Shown piece after piece: positions 45,880 through 55,900 of a stretch of DNA of 64,000 bases. The position numbers and the translations under genes are program-made. Numbering within the stretch: position 1 is the stretch's first letter; every line of letters begins with the position of its first letter. Origin of the DNA: Deltaproteobacteria bacterium (GTDB lineage: Bacteria; Desulfobacterota; BSN033; UBA1163); NCBI GenBank assembly GCA_037443425.1, contig JBBIOI010000002.1, positions 17,867 to 81,866 on the forward strand. The letters are read 5' to 3'. A model generated the notes under the pieces. The model had not been told where the DNA came from and did not search any database. It was given only the letters and a program-made list of their open reading frames with translations.

Positions 45880-46167
45880 ATGGTTTGTCAAACTATCAAG
45901 CCAGGAACAGAATGCATCTTTATGAAGAAGAACGGCTGTTCCTACAACGGTGGGAGATGTTATCCCATCGTGGAGTCTTGCAAGGGGTGCGATAGGGTTG
46001 TTGAGTACCCAACAGGGCTTTATTGCAAGACCTATTGTGAGCCTGCTTTGAAATGGGCTAAGGGGCCTTGCAATTTTGCCAGCCATATTAAAAGAGAGGT
46101 CAAAGAAGAGCCGATTAAGATAAACCCCTTAAAGGCTTCTAAGAGAGGCATTAGCCAGAAGATTTAA
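45880..46167 (+). CDS. small Cys-rich protein (PxxKW-type)
   Basis: Nine Cys in the first 64 residues, including CKGC, and the motif EPALKW. The ATG at 45880 has GAAAGGGGG 9 nt upstream. The family name is from memory. Confidence 0.6.
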   Translation: MVCQTIKPGTECIFMKKNGCSYNGGRCYPIVESCKGCDRVVEYPTGLYCKTYCEPALKWAKGPCNFASHIKREVKEEPIKINPLKASKRGISQKI

Positions 46168-46184
46168 AGGGTTTTTCTTTTTTT

Positions 46185-46225
46185 GCCCTTCTTTTCCTTA
46201 TATCTGAATTAGAGGAGAGAAGGGC
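46185..46225. terminator. long hairpin between convergent genes
   Basis: GCCCTTCT.../...AGAAGGGC forms a ~12-bp stem around a 16-nt loop. The flanking T-run is on the 5' side, so it is not a canonical terminator. Confidence 0.35.
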
Positions 46226-46226
46226 A

Positions 46227-47180
46227 TTATCGTTTTAAAATAAACCAGAATATAATTGCCATAATAAGGCAAATGATAAATATCAGTGTATGAACTGCAA
46301 AACCTGATGCTATTGCGTCTTGCCTGGATAATCCAGCTATCAAAAATCCAGCTGCCCATCCAAGTTCTAACATCCCCCAATTACCGATAGCCCCCAGGGG
46401 AATGGCACTTGTAATTATAGCAAGTGATGAAGAAAAGATAACATTTAGGAGAGGGAGTTTAATCTCTAATCCCCTTAAGAATGAGTAAAAAGTCAAAAAG
46501 ATCATAATCCATGAAATAATACTTGAACTTGAAACCTGTAGTGTTGTTTTTCTTGCTTTAATGGCATAGAAGTCTTCAGCAAATTGGTTTATCTTTTTCT
46601 GAATACATTGCCAGGGGCTCAAATTTCTAAGGGTTCCTTTTTGAGATAAGATTTTTAAGAGAGTCAAAACTCCCTGAAGAATCTTATCCATGTAGACAAA
46701 AAGCATAAGTATTATGAGGATGGAGGTTATTATAAGGACAAGGTTATAAAAAGATGATGTTTGAAGATGGGCTTGGAGATAAGTCGAGGTAATGAGTAAG
46801 ATTACAAGGAGGATAAAGAAGTCATATATTCTTGAGGCAATCAAAGAGGCCAGGCCTTCTGTAATGCTTCTTCCGCTAATCTTATTTAAAAGGTATGGAA
46901 AAGAGAGTTCCCCGAGTTTTGAAGGGAGAATCATAATTGAGAGATTGTAAAGCACCGAAATCTTAAAAAGCTCGCTGATTGGAATTTCTCTTGTGTAGAT
47001 AAGCCATTTAAACCTTAGTGCCCTGAAAAAAGTAGAAATGATATAAAACCCAGATCCTAAGACCGCCCATAAAGGGTCTATCCTTTTTAGCAGAATGTAT
47101 ATATCTTTTAAAGAGATCTGTGTAAAAAATAATATAATGATTATTAAAGTTATAAAGACTGATATAATTAAGCGCTTCAA
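46227..47180 (-). CDS. UPF0104 / lysylphosphatidylglycerol-synthase-TM-region-like flippase-like membrane protein
   Basis: 317 aa with about 8 TM helices and an early RALRFKWLI segment. 4-nt overlap with the upstream MFS gene. Confidence 0.55.
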   Translation of the reverse strand: MKRLIISVFITLIIIILFFTQISLKDIYILLKRIDPLWAVLGSGFYIISTFFRALRFKWLIYTREIPISELFKISVLYNLSIMILPSKLGELSFPYLLNKISGRSITEGLASLIASRIYDFFILLVILLITSTYLQAHLQTSSFYNLVLIITSILIILMLFVYMDKILQGVLTLLKILSQKGTLRNLSPWQCIQKKINQFAEDFYAIKARKTTLQVSSSSIISWIMIFLTFYSFLRGLEIKLPLLNVIFSSSLAIITSAIPLGAIGNWGMLELGWAAGFLIAGLSRQDAIASGFAVHTLIFIICLIMAIIFWFILKR

Positions 47181-48388
47181 TTACTAATCCCTTTTTTTAT
47201 CGGAAAAAGTAGTAAAAATGAAGCTAAAGAGCATAACATAGCCAAGATAAAGGCCCAGAAATAGGTTTTAGTCACATCTATAATCAAACCGCTAAGAGAA
47301 GGGGAGATTATTGAACCAAGACCATGATACAGTGTCCAGAGCCCTATAACAGTTCCAGAATAATCCTTGTGGAAAAGATCCCTTGCAGAGGCAGCGTAAA
47401 CAGGCCAAATTGTCCCATAGCCCACACCAAATAAGATTGAAAAAATAAAAAGCATGGATAATTTTCCACTAAATGCCATACCCACAGTTCCAGAAGCTAC
47501 AAGCAGCCCGCAAAGCATCATGATTTTTATTCTTCCAGCTTTATCTGAGACATATCCTAAAACTAATTTACCTATTGCACCACTTATAGCAATCACCACC
47601 AGCAAACTGGCTGAGTTGGCATAGGGTATCATCAATTCCTGTGTTGCATATGTCGCTAAAAATGTAAAAGGAATAAGTATTGAGAAGCTGATTAGTAGAT
47701 AAGAAAGACCAATTAAATAAAATTTTGAATCACGAAATATATTTTTATATGCTTCTTTGATGGGAATCTTTATGTTTTGCCCATTTTTAAATTCTTTTAT
47801 ATCGGGCTGACTTGGGGGATGGCTTCTTACAAAAAAGAAATTCATTGCCGAAACAGCAAATGCTGTTAGACCAAGATTAATCCATACAGTTCTCCAGTTG
47901 AAACTTTGTATTATTATTGGTATTATGATGCTCCAGACTGCTATCCCTGCAGTGCTTCCAAGATCGACAATCGAGATAATCATTCCCCTCCTTCTTTGAC
48001 TAACCCATCGCATGACTACTGTTACAACAGGGGCCCAGCAAGCAGAGTGTCCTACCCCTACAAGTGCAAAGAAGATGCATGCCTGAATTACTGAAGAAGA
48101 GAATGACATAAGATAGGAGCCAAGGCCCAAAATAGCTACAAATATTGTGAGGATCAATCTTGTGTCAAATCTGTCTCCAAGCATTCCAAAAACTGGCGCA
48201 AGGAGTGTTGCTGTAATGAAATAAGAAGAAAAAATGACACCAGCTTCAGTTTTGGAGATTGCCAGCGAAGAAAGCATATATGGTAATATTAACCCATAAG
48301 AGTATCTTATGGAAAAAGCAATGAAAAGTGTAAAAAAGCCTGAAACAATAACACCTACTTTGCGTTTTGTCATATCCTTAACCCTCAA
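47177..48388 (-). CDS. MFS transporter
   Basis: 403 aa with 12 TM helices and a loop 2-3 motif GMLGDRFDTR. Confidence 0.85.
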   Translation of the reverse strand: MRVKDMTKRKVGVIVSGFFTLFIAFSIRYSYGLILPYMLSSLAISKTEAGVIFSSYFITATLLAPVFGMLGDRFDTRLILTIFVAILGLGSYLMSFSSSVIQACIFFALVGVGHSACWAPVVTVVMRWVSQRRRGMIISIVDLGSTAGIAVWSIIIPIIIQSFNWRTVWINLGLTAFAVSAMNFFFVRSHPPSQPDIKEFKNGQNIKIPIKEAYKNIFRDSKFYLIGLSYLLISFSILIPFTFLATYATQELMIPYANSASLLVVIAISGAIGKLVLGYVSDKAGRIKIMMLCGLLVASGTVGMAFSGKLSMLFIFSILFGVGYGTIWPVYAASARDLFHKDYSGTVIGLWTLYHGLGSIISPSLSGLIIDVTKTYFWAFILAMLCSLASFLLLFPIKKGISN

Positions 48389-48556
48389 AAAGAATTATTT
48401 ACCGATTAAAAAACACTTCAACAGAAGGTTACCTCTATCCTTAGCTTGTTTGTGGATAGTAATATACACTTTTTTCAAAAATAAGGAAAGCCCATTCATT
48501 AATATGAAGATTTATGCCAGGGCAAGGAATTTTGAGGTAAGCAAAATAAATCCCTC

Positions 48557-49885
48557 TTATATATCTTTTAACTTAATATTATTCGAGTGTTTCTCAATTG
48601 TTTCAGAGATATCATTTAGAAGCATAGAAATCTTATCTGTCTCTTCGTTTTGATAAGGAGGGACCTTTGAGATTCCATACTTTTCATATTCATCGATTAA
48701 AGACTTTATAGTAATGTTTTCGATTGTTTTACCTGGTTGAAATGCTGGTTCACTCTTTGATCCCCTTGTAGTTTCTGCAACCAGTCCTATATCTATCAAT
48801 TCATAAAGAATATTCTTTACAAGACGAACTGGGATTTCCAATGTATTGGCAATCTGATGGACATTTAATGGCATCTCTCCCTGAGAGAATCTTTTTGTGA
48901 GAAGATGAAATATTCTGAGCATAAGAAGTTTTTTTGAATATATACTGAGGCGAGAATAGTCTGGATGAAATCCAAATGTTTCATAATGTTCATGTGCATG
49001 TGCAACCTCTGCTCCAAAAAGGATAATCATCCAGCTAATCTGTAGCCATACTAAAAGAAGTGGCAATGCAGCAAAACTACCATAGATTGCACCATATTTT
49101 GCCACACCTATCTGAAACTTAAAATATAACCACTGAACAATCTGAGCAATTGTACCAGCTACAATACCCCCAAAGATTGCTGAACGAATTGGGATTTTAG
49201 TATTAGGTAAAATGATATAAAACATTATCAAAAGAATCCAAATGGATATATATGGTAGTATGTTTAAAAGAAATATTATCAGGGAGCTGAAAACTCCCAA
49301 TAAAGCAATTTTCTGCATTATTATTTTTAACTGGCCAGTTATTAAAATGGTGGCACTGCTTGAAATTACAATAAGAATTGGAGCAAAGACAATCAAAGAA
49401 ATATAGTCACTAAATTTTCTTACAAATGTCCTTGCCTTTCTTACCTCCCAGATATCATTAAAAGCAGTCTCTATCTTGCCCAAGATGGAAATGACTGTCC
49501 AAAAGAGTATTACAACACCTATACCAGCAATTACTCCACCCTTAGTACTATCAAGTACTCGATGAGCAAAAGAAATAATATGATTTGTCATATCGGCCTG
49601 CCAGTTAGCTCTTTCTGCAATTTGAGTAATCTGCTTTAAAATAACCTTTTCAAGACCAAAACCTTTAGCTACACCAAAGGCAACTGCAACAATTGGTACA
49701 ATATTGAGAAGCGAATAATAAGTCAAAGTAGAAGCAACCCTTTGAGAGTGATTTTTCAGAAATCCATTTGATGCTAATAGGAAAATTCTTAAATATTTAA
49801 TAAAAAAATATTCTAACGAAGAGAGTTCTTTTAATCGAATCTCCCAGATTCCAGTGTTGATAAAATGGATTAGTTTCGGGATCAT
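48557..49885 (-). CDS. YihY/BrkB-family membrane protein with a C-terminal winged-helix-like extension
   Basis: TLTYYSLLNIVPIVAVAFGV and YGSFAALPLLLVWLQISWMIILFGAE. A ~130-aa soluble tail carries VHQIANTLEIPVRLVKNILYELIDIGLV. Confidence 0.8.
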   Translation of the reverse strand: MIPKLIHFINTGIWEIRLKELSSLEYFFIKYLRIFLLASNGFLKNHSQRVASTLTYYSLLNIVPIVAVAFGVAKGFGLEKVILKQITQIAERANWQADMTNHIISFAHRVLDSTKGGVIAGIGVVILFWTVISILGKIETAFNDIWEVRKARTFVRKFSDYISLIVFAPILIVISSSATILITGQLKIIMQKIALLGVFSSLIIFLLNILPYISIWILLIMFYIILPNTKIPIRSAIFGGIVAGTIAQIVQWLYFKFQIGVAKYGAIYGSFAALPLLLVWLQISWMIILFGAEVAHAHEHYETFGFHPDYSRLSIYSKKLLMLRIFHLLTKRFSQGEMPLNVHQIANTLEIPVRLVKNILYELIDIGLVAETTRGSKSEPAFQPGKTIENITIKSLIDEYEKYGISKVPPYQNEETDKISMLLNDISETIEKHSNNIKLKDI

Positions 49886-49913
49886 GGTGGTTATCTTTTA
49901 AAAAAAGATTTCT

Positions 49914-50369
49914 CTAACTTGTTTTGAGTTCCGAAGTACAATATGGGCATCTAATTGCCTTAATTGGAATTGTAGAATAGCAGTAATTGCACTCCTTAGT
50001 TTTTGCTTCGGCAGGTTTTGCCTCTGCTTGGCGTTTCAATTTATTAACTCCCCTGACAAGAAGAAATACTGAAAAGGCAATAATGACAAAGCTTACGATT
50101 GTATTTATGAACAACCCATAATTGATTGTAACAGCACCTGCTGCCTTTGCAGCTGCAACTGATGCATATGGTCCAGCAACTTTACCTTCTTTAAGGACAA
50201 GAAAGAAATTTGAGAAATCAATATTCCCTAAGAGGAGACCAATGGGGGGCATTATCATATCTGAAACTAATGAATTTACAATACCACCAAATGAAGCACC
50301 AATTATTATACCAACAGCCATATCAATCACATTTCCTCTAATTGCAAATTCCTTAAAATCCTTCAACAT
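49914..50369 (-). CDS. mscL: large-conductance mechanosensitive channel MscL with a C-terminal zinc-ribbon tail
   Basis: [44 protein letters not shown] is the canonical MscL N-terminus. The tail is CNYC...CPYC. Confidence 0.9.
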   Translation of the reverse strand: MLKDFKEFAIRGNVIDMAVGIIIGASFGGIVNSLVSDMIMPPIGLLLGNIDFSNFFLVLKEGKVAGPYASVAAAKAAGAVTINYGLFINTIVSFVIIAFSVFLLVRGVNKLKRQAEAKPAEAKTKECNYCYSTIPIKAIRCPYCTSELKTS

Positions 50370-50392
50370 ATCTGTACTCCTTTCTTAAACTT

Positions 50393-53300
50393 TTATTTGA
50401 TTTTAAGTTCTACTCGACTATTTTTTAGATTTTCCTTCTTTTCTGGTTCAAGCGACCTTGACTCAATAATAAATATCCTTTCTGGCTCTATCTTTCCCGA
50501 TTTCAATATGGCATCCTTTACTTTAGTTGCCCTTTGTATAGCAAGATTCCTGAGATCGCTTTCCTTTATTTCGATATGGGTAAGAATCAGTTTTTCCATT
50601 TCTGGGGCGGGAAGTTTTTTAGGGATACCCAAAATGTTTCTCGGTTTTGGAAACTTTTCCTCCTTATAAGCCATTGTTAAGTATTTTTCATATTCCGTTG
50701 GTTCAATCTTAACATCATCCACTGCGATAGCAGGCTGCCCTTTCTTAATCATCTCTTTCAGTTTTTGGAATTTTAATTTCCTTTGAAAAAAGTACTGTTT
50801 CAATCCATCCCTATCCCTTTCCAAATCAACATATCCTGCTATATCTATCTTGAGTGAAGGTCTCTCATAAAGAACTTTGGTTAATGTTTCAATCTTTTTC
50901 GAGTTATTCTCCGTAAGTAAATTACTTCCGTAATCAAACTCCAGATAGCTTAACTCCTCTCCACCTCCAAATATAGCACCGATAAGGGCAAAAGGTGAAG
51001 TTACGGCCTTTGTAATCAGATTAATAATAATCTGTAGAATAATCCTTCCTATGCTGAACTTAGGGTCATCAAGACTCCCTCTCACAGGGATATCAAGTTT
51101 TATCTCTCCATTTCTATCCTTGAGGAGAGCTATTGCAAGTTTAACAGGTAATTTTGTTGCATGTGGGCTCTCCACCTTTTCTCCAAAATTAAATTGGTCT
51201 AAGAAGATATAATTTTTTGCATTAAGCCTTCTTTTATCTATTTGATATTCTAAATCAAAAGAAAGTTTTCCCTTCTCAATAGTATATCCAACATATTTCC
51301 CTGAGTATGGGGTCATTGGACTTAGATCCATATCTTTGAACCTTACCTTAAGGTCCACATAAAGGTCTTCTCTTAAGAGATTTAGCTTGCCCGTAATCTC
51401 AAGAGGTGCATAATTATCCAGTTTTGCACGCAAATCCAAATCTCCAAATACAGTCTCTTCAGAGGATAATCCTGATACCCTTCCCAATATCTCAACCAAT
51501 TTTGATGAATATTCTGGCTTAATAGAGCGGTCAGTAAATTCTATCGTTCCGCCTTGAAGTGTAATTGTATCTATTTTAATATTTCTTTCTATTTTTTTAT
51601 CTTTTGAAGATGCTACACCCTCTTCCTTCTGCTTTTTGTCCTCTTTTGGGACTTCCTTTTTTAAGATATCTTGAATATTTAGTTTACCATCAGGGTTTAT
51701 TATTATACGGGCATAGAAATCGGTCAATGAGATACCTTTTATATCAACCAAAATTGGACTATACCCTATATTTAAATCATTGAATGATAGAGAACTCCAT
51801 TTTAAAAAATCATCCCCATTAATTTTATCAATTGAAGCAAATCTCGATAAAGTAGCTTCTCCTTTATAATTAAATTTGATATCCCTTTCCTCAGAAATTT
51901 TTATAGAAAGATTACCAGCTGTTGAGATTGAACCTTCTGTTACCGTAATCTTTACCTTATCTGTGAAGTATGCCTGAAATGGCCGTATTTCTAAATCCTT
52001 TATCTCCATATTTAAATTGGCATCAACAGGATTTAGAGCGATTGTCCCTGAAGTACTAATCCTTCCTTTATTATTTAAAAGGAGAGACAAAGAAAGTTTC
52101 CCTTTACTATTTTCTTTATTTGAAACGTTTTCGGCTATTAAATTTATATCCTCTGCTGTGACGTCAACAGGTTCTGAAGTCATTTCATCCACAAATTTAA
52201 CTTTGTATCTTTCAAGGACAATCTTTCCGACATTGACTAACCATTTTTTATCAGGTCTAACTTCAGAAACTTTTTCAGCCTCCTGATGTGATATTTCTAC
52301 GGGTTTTTGCGATTCCACAAGTAATGTCTGAAGATTTAATTTCCCATCTTTATATCGTCTGACAAGGAGGGAGCCCATTTGAGTAGATATTTCTCCAATA
52401 GAAAGTTCTTGAGCTGTTAAATTTAGGTTTAAATTATTTATTAAAGATATTGGGAGAAATACAAAACTTTTCTCCTCGTACCTTTTTTTCAACATAAGAT
52501 TTGATAAAGAGATAGACCCCTTTGAAATTTTAAGTTCCTGTTCTTTGTCTGTTTTCTTGAAGATATAATTCGCTAAAATAACGGCCTCACCTTCTTCAAT
52601 ATCAAAAAGGACTCTTTCATGTATGTAGATCAAATAATTCTTCAGAGCGATATTTCTTATATCGAGCGACCCTTCTATATTTATAGGATCTATACCTATA
52701 GTACCTTTTGTTGAGATATAGCCTTTCTTATCCAGCAATAAAGAGAGATAAAACCTACCCTTAACATTTTTCATAGTTGTCAGGTTTTCGCCACTAAATC
52801 TGATATTTTCTCCAAGAAGTATGTTTGGGACAGGGGTACTAAAGTCGGTCATTTTTACGTTATATTTATCTAATAAAAATTTCTCAATTGTAATGCTCCA
52901 AGATTTTTCTCTACCTTTAATAGAGTGGTTTTTCCCAAATTCTTTTTTGGCAGGAGAAGGAAAAAGTTTCACTAAATCGAAATCCCCATTTTTAAGGCGA
53001 TTAAGAATAAGTATTCCTTTCTCAGTAAAAAAACTTCCTATCTTGATCTCTTTTTGTGTAAAATCCAATTGAGTATCTTTCAGCGAAATAACGGGGGCTT
53101 TAAAAAAATCATTATCTTCGCCTTTTTTTCTTAATCTCAATGAACTCAGGGTAGCAGAAATTCCTGAAAGAAGTATTTTCGGTTCATCTTTATCTTTCTC
53201 ATATTGATAATTAGTTAAAAGGTCAAGCTTCCCGTCATCTATATCAAAGAGGATATTCTCCATATAGTAAGGTGAATATTTTTTTATGTATAACGATTTT

Positions 53301-54637
53301 GCTTCTAATAGCCCCTTAACCCAAATTGGATTTATAGAAAAATTCCCAGCAAGTCTTATTACCTCATTTCTCTCTGTTTTAAATGAAAAAAGATAACTTG
53401 GTTTTTTATTCAGTTCATTACTAAAATTATTTATCTTTAATTCAATTGAATCAATTTTTGTTCTAAATGGTTTTGGCCTTGATTGATCTGAAAAAGAAAG
53501 CTTCCCTTCATTCAGTTCAAAATCATCAATATTTATTGATAAATAAGCCTGCCCTCCCTTTTTTTCATTAGGAGACGGAGTCTTTGCCTCTATCTTTTTA
53601 GATAAAACAGATTCAATATTTAGAACACCCTTGGAATCTCTCTGTATATCAATTTCTGGCGATTGTATTGATAGTTTTGATAGATGAAAGAATCTTCTCA
53701 GAGGTTCTGTTGGAGCAATTCCAACTTCAATGAGGGGTATCCTTAAAATAGGTTTTCCCTTTATATCATTCATAACAACATTCTTTATTGAAATGCTACC
53801 TGAAACTATCAATGATGGTACTTTATTTTTATGCTGAATAAATGATAGGTTTGTTTTTACATCAAGATAGGTAGAGACTAAAATAAAATTCAATTTAAGA
53901 GGCAGATAGGTAAGGTAGTTTGGTAAATCTAAATCCTTAATGGTTAAATCCACAGTTGTTTCAAAAGATTCAGAGAATGGTTTTGTCTTGCCGGAAATTG
54001 AATAAAAGGTATCATTGATTTTCGCCGAAAATTTTGGTTGGACAAATATTTCGATATAATAAGGTAAGTTTGATAAAAAAGGAACGGCTATATTCAGTTC
54101 CCTTACTGTATGCTTTTTCCCTTTCGGTTCATCCCAGAAGTCGATGTTACCATTTATAATCTGTATATTATTTAAAGAAAATCTTAATGGTTTCGCCTTT
54201 TCTTCTTTTTTAGATTCTTTCTTTGGTATTAGATCAGAGAAATTATAGGAGAGGTCTTTGTATCTATCGATTTTTATAAATGGGTTGATTAATTTGATTT
54301 CTTTAACAATAATCGCTCGCTTAATTGCTGAAAGGCTTTGGAGATTGAGATAGAGTTCATCAAAGGATAAAAAGACACCAGAGCCTTTACGCTCTTTCAC
54401 CTTAAATCCTCTTACTGTTGCCGAGAGTAAATAGGGATTAACTTTGATCTTATCGATTGTTACCTCACGGTGGATTTTTTCAGAAATTTTTTTAATCAAT
54501 ATTGATTTAAGAATAGGAGGAAATACAAAAAAGCCAAATATGGTAAAAATTGCAAAGAATATTGCCAGTCCAATTAGACATTTTTTTATGTATTTAATAT
54601 TAAAAACCTTCATTTTATTACCTTTGTTTTGAGGCAT
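50393..54637 (-). CDS. giant DUF748 / AsmA-like envelope protein
   Basis: 1414 aa with an N-terminal TM anchor and at least 3-4 internal repeats of the type KG+.(S/Y)LSLLL..KG.IST.GTI..(N/D)P, followed by a C-terminal conserved tail. The start could be Met9 (54613). Confidence 0.7.
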   Translation of the reverse strand: MPQNKGNKMKVFNIKYIKKCLIGLAIFFAIFTIFGFFVFPPILKSILIKKISEKIHREVTIDKIKVNPYLLSATVRGFKVKERKGSGVFLSFDELYLNLQSLSAIKRAIIVKEIKLINPFIKIDRYKDLSYNFSDLIPKKESKKEEKAKPLRFSLNNIQIINGNIDFWDEPKGKKHTVRELNIAVPFLSNLPYYIEIFVQPKFSAKINDTFYSISGKTKPFSESFETTVDLTIKDLDLPNYLTYLPLKLNFILVSTYLDVKTNLSFIQHKNKVPSLIVSGSISIKNVVMNDIKGKPILRIPLIEVGIAPTEPLRRFFHLSKLSIQSPEIDIQRDSKGVLNIESVLSKKIEAKTPSPNEKKGGQAYLSINIDDFELNEGKLSFSDQSRPKPFRTKIDSIELKINNFSNELNKKPSYLFSFKTERNEVIRLAGNFSINPIWVKGLLEAKSLYIKKYSPYYMENILFDIDDGKLDLLTNYQYEKDKDEPKILLSGISATLSSLRLRKKGEDNDFFKAPVISLKDTQLDFTQKEIKIGSFFTEKGILILNRLKNGDFDLVKLFPSPAKKEFGKNHSIKGREKSWSITIEKFLLDKYNVKMTDFSTPVPNILLGENIRFSGENLTTMKNVKGRFYLSLLLDKKGYISTKGTIGIDPINIEGSLDIRNIALKNYLIYIHERVLFDIEEGEAVILANYIFKKTDKEQELKISKGSISLSNLMLKKRYEEKSFVFLPISLINNLNLNLTAQELSIGEISTQMGSLLVRRYKDGKLNLQTLLVESQKPVEISHQEAEKVSEVRPDKKWLVNVGKIVLERYKVKFVDEMTSEPVDVTAEDINLIAENVSNKENSKGKLSLSLLLNNKGRISTSGTIALNPVDANLNMEIKDLEIRPFQAYFTDKVKITVTEGSISTAGNLSIKISEERDIKFNYKGEATLSRFASIDKINGDDFLKWSSLSFNDLNIGYSPILVDIKGISLTDFYARIIINPDGKLNIQDILKKEVPKEDKKQKEEGVASSKDKKIERNIKIDTITLQGGTIEFTDRSIKPEYSSKLVEILGRVSGLSSEETVFGDLDLRAKLDNYAPLEITGKLNLLREDLYVDLKVRFKDMDLSPMTPYSGKYVGYTIEKGKLSFDLEYQIDKRRLNAKNYIFLDQFNFGEKVESPHATKLPVKLAIALLKDRNGEIKLDIPVRGSLDDPKFSIGRIILQIIINLITKAVTSPFALIGAIFGGGEELSYLEFDYGSNLLTENNSKKIETLTKVLYERPSLKIDIAGYVDLERDRDGLKQYFFQRKLKFQKLKEMIKKGQPAIAVDDVKIEPTEYEKYLTMAYKEEKFPKPRNILGIPKKLPAPEMEKLILTHIEIKESDLRNLAIQRATKVKDAILKSGKIEPERIFIIESRSLEPEKKENLKNSRVELKIK

Positions 54638-54668
54638 ACTAAAAAATATTATTTAATCTTTTTAAAAA

Positions 54669-55580
54669 TTAGGGGCTTTTTACTTCTTGAGCTTTGTAAA
54701 CCCCGATTGGACCCCACTCATATATCCCTCCTTTATTTACAAGAGACAATCCCGAAAAATTGGTTCTGTAAAAAATTTCATAAGTGGTGAGTATCTCCTT
54801 ACCGTCTACGATTAAACGCATTCTTCCCTGGGCATCTCTAATCCACTGTAATCGATGTGGCATCCCATCATCAAGAAATGGATACTGAGAGGCAGTTTCA
54901 ATAAGGAAGCTTCTTCCATCCCATTCACGGTATATCTCTATTGGACGACTTGCAGAAGGAGAGGCTTGATAAACTAATCTATATAAGGGCACAGGAGGGT
55001 TTCCACCAATAAGAATAACCTCCATTGATCCCCAAGATGACCCCGAAACCATTGTAATGTCTACTTCAAAGTCTGGTTCTATTTTTGCGAGTGTATAAAT
55101 CCGTGCTTCTTTAACTACCGAAGGTTTATCAACTGGCTTTTTCTCCTCGGAAGGGGCCTTGAGTATCTCCCTCAAAAAACCACCGATAGGACTTTCTCGC
55201 TCAGGTGTTTGTGCTGGAGTTTCGGATGGATACCTCTCTACATAAACCTCGCTAAGGAGCCTTCGAGAAGATGTTACTTTAAATACACCAGATTCGATTA
55301 TCCAAGTTGGATTATACCTTAATTCGCCATCAGAAAAATCATCATAAATAAATACTGAACGTAATTTTGAACGGTATTGTTTGACCAAAGACAGAAGCTC
55401 TTCAATAAATTTCGGGTGGGCTATCATTCGTTTATCAGCCTCTTTAACCTTTTGTTCCAGCTCATTTAGAAGTTCATTAAGGACCTTTCTATCCTGATCT
55501 GTACTAAATCCAAAATTTGGTAAAATAGATATTAGAAACATTGAAATAAAAAGAATCATGATCCATTTATATAGTTTCAT
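54669..55580 (-). CDS. hypothetical secreted protein
   Basis: Signal peptide, a coiled-coil-like N-terminal segment and a beta-rich C-terminal half. It lies 31 nt downstream of the DUF748 gene. Confidence 0.5.
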   Translation of the reverse strand: MKLYKWIMILFISMFLISILPNFGFSTDQDRKVLNELLNELEQKVKEADKRMIAHPKFIEELLSLVKQYRSKLRSVFIYDDFSDGELRYNPTWIIESGVFKVTSSRRLLSEVYVERYPSETPAQTPERESPIGGFLREILKAPSEEKKPVDKPSVVKEARIYTLAKIEPDFEVDITMVSGSSWGSMEVILIGGNPPVPLYRLVYQASPSASRPIEIYREWDGRSFLIETASQYPFLDDGMPHRLQWIRDAQGRMRLIVDGKEILTTYEIFYRTNFSGLSLVNKGGIYEWGPIGVYKAQEVKSP

Positions 55581-55762
55581 AAATCCCTCCTAAGTGTTAT
55601 TGGAAATATTATTTCCTAATTAAATAATATTTTTTTTTACTCTCTAATGTCAATGATTTTTTTGGAGTCTTCTGAAAAACTATTTAAAATCTTTTCAGAT
55701 TGGGGAGGTGGTGTGAAAAAGCCTTCGAGGAGATACCTTTTATAGATTGAGTGATCTTGTAT

Positions 55763-55866
55763 AGATTGTCATTACGAGACGAAGCCGAAGCAATCTCTCC
55801 AAAATTTTCATTCTAAGCTAAGCGAGTAATCTATGAGCTTACTCGTCTCCCGCATCAAGTGCGGGA
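55763..55866. repeat. cluster of three GC-rich hairpins in an AT-rich spacer
   Basis: AGATTG...CAATCT (55763-55796), CGAGTAA/TTACTCG (55823-55845) and TCCCGCA/TGCGGGA (55848-55866). Confidence 0.5.
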
Positions 55867-55900
55867 TCCTCAAAACGACTTTGTCAGATTACGATCTAAC

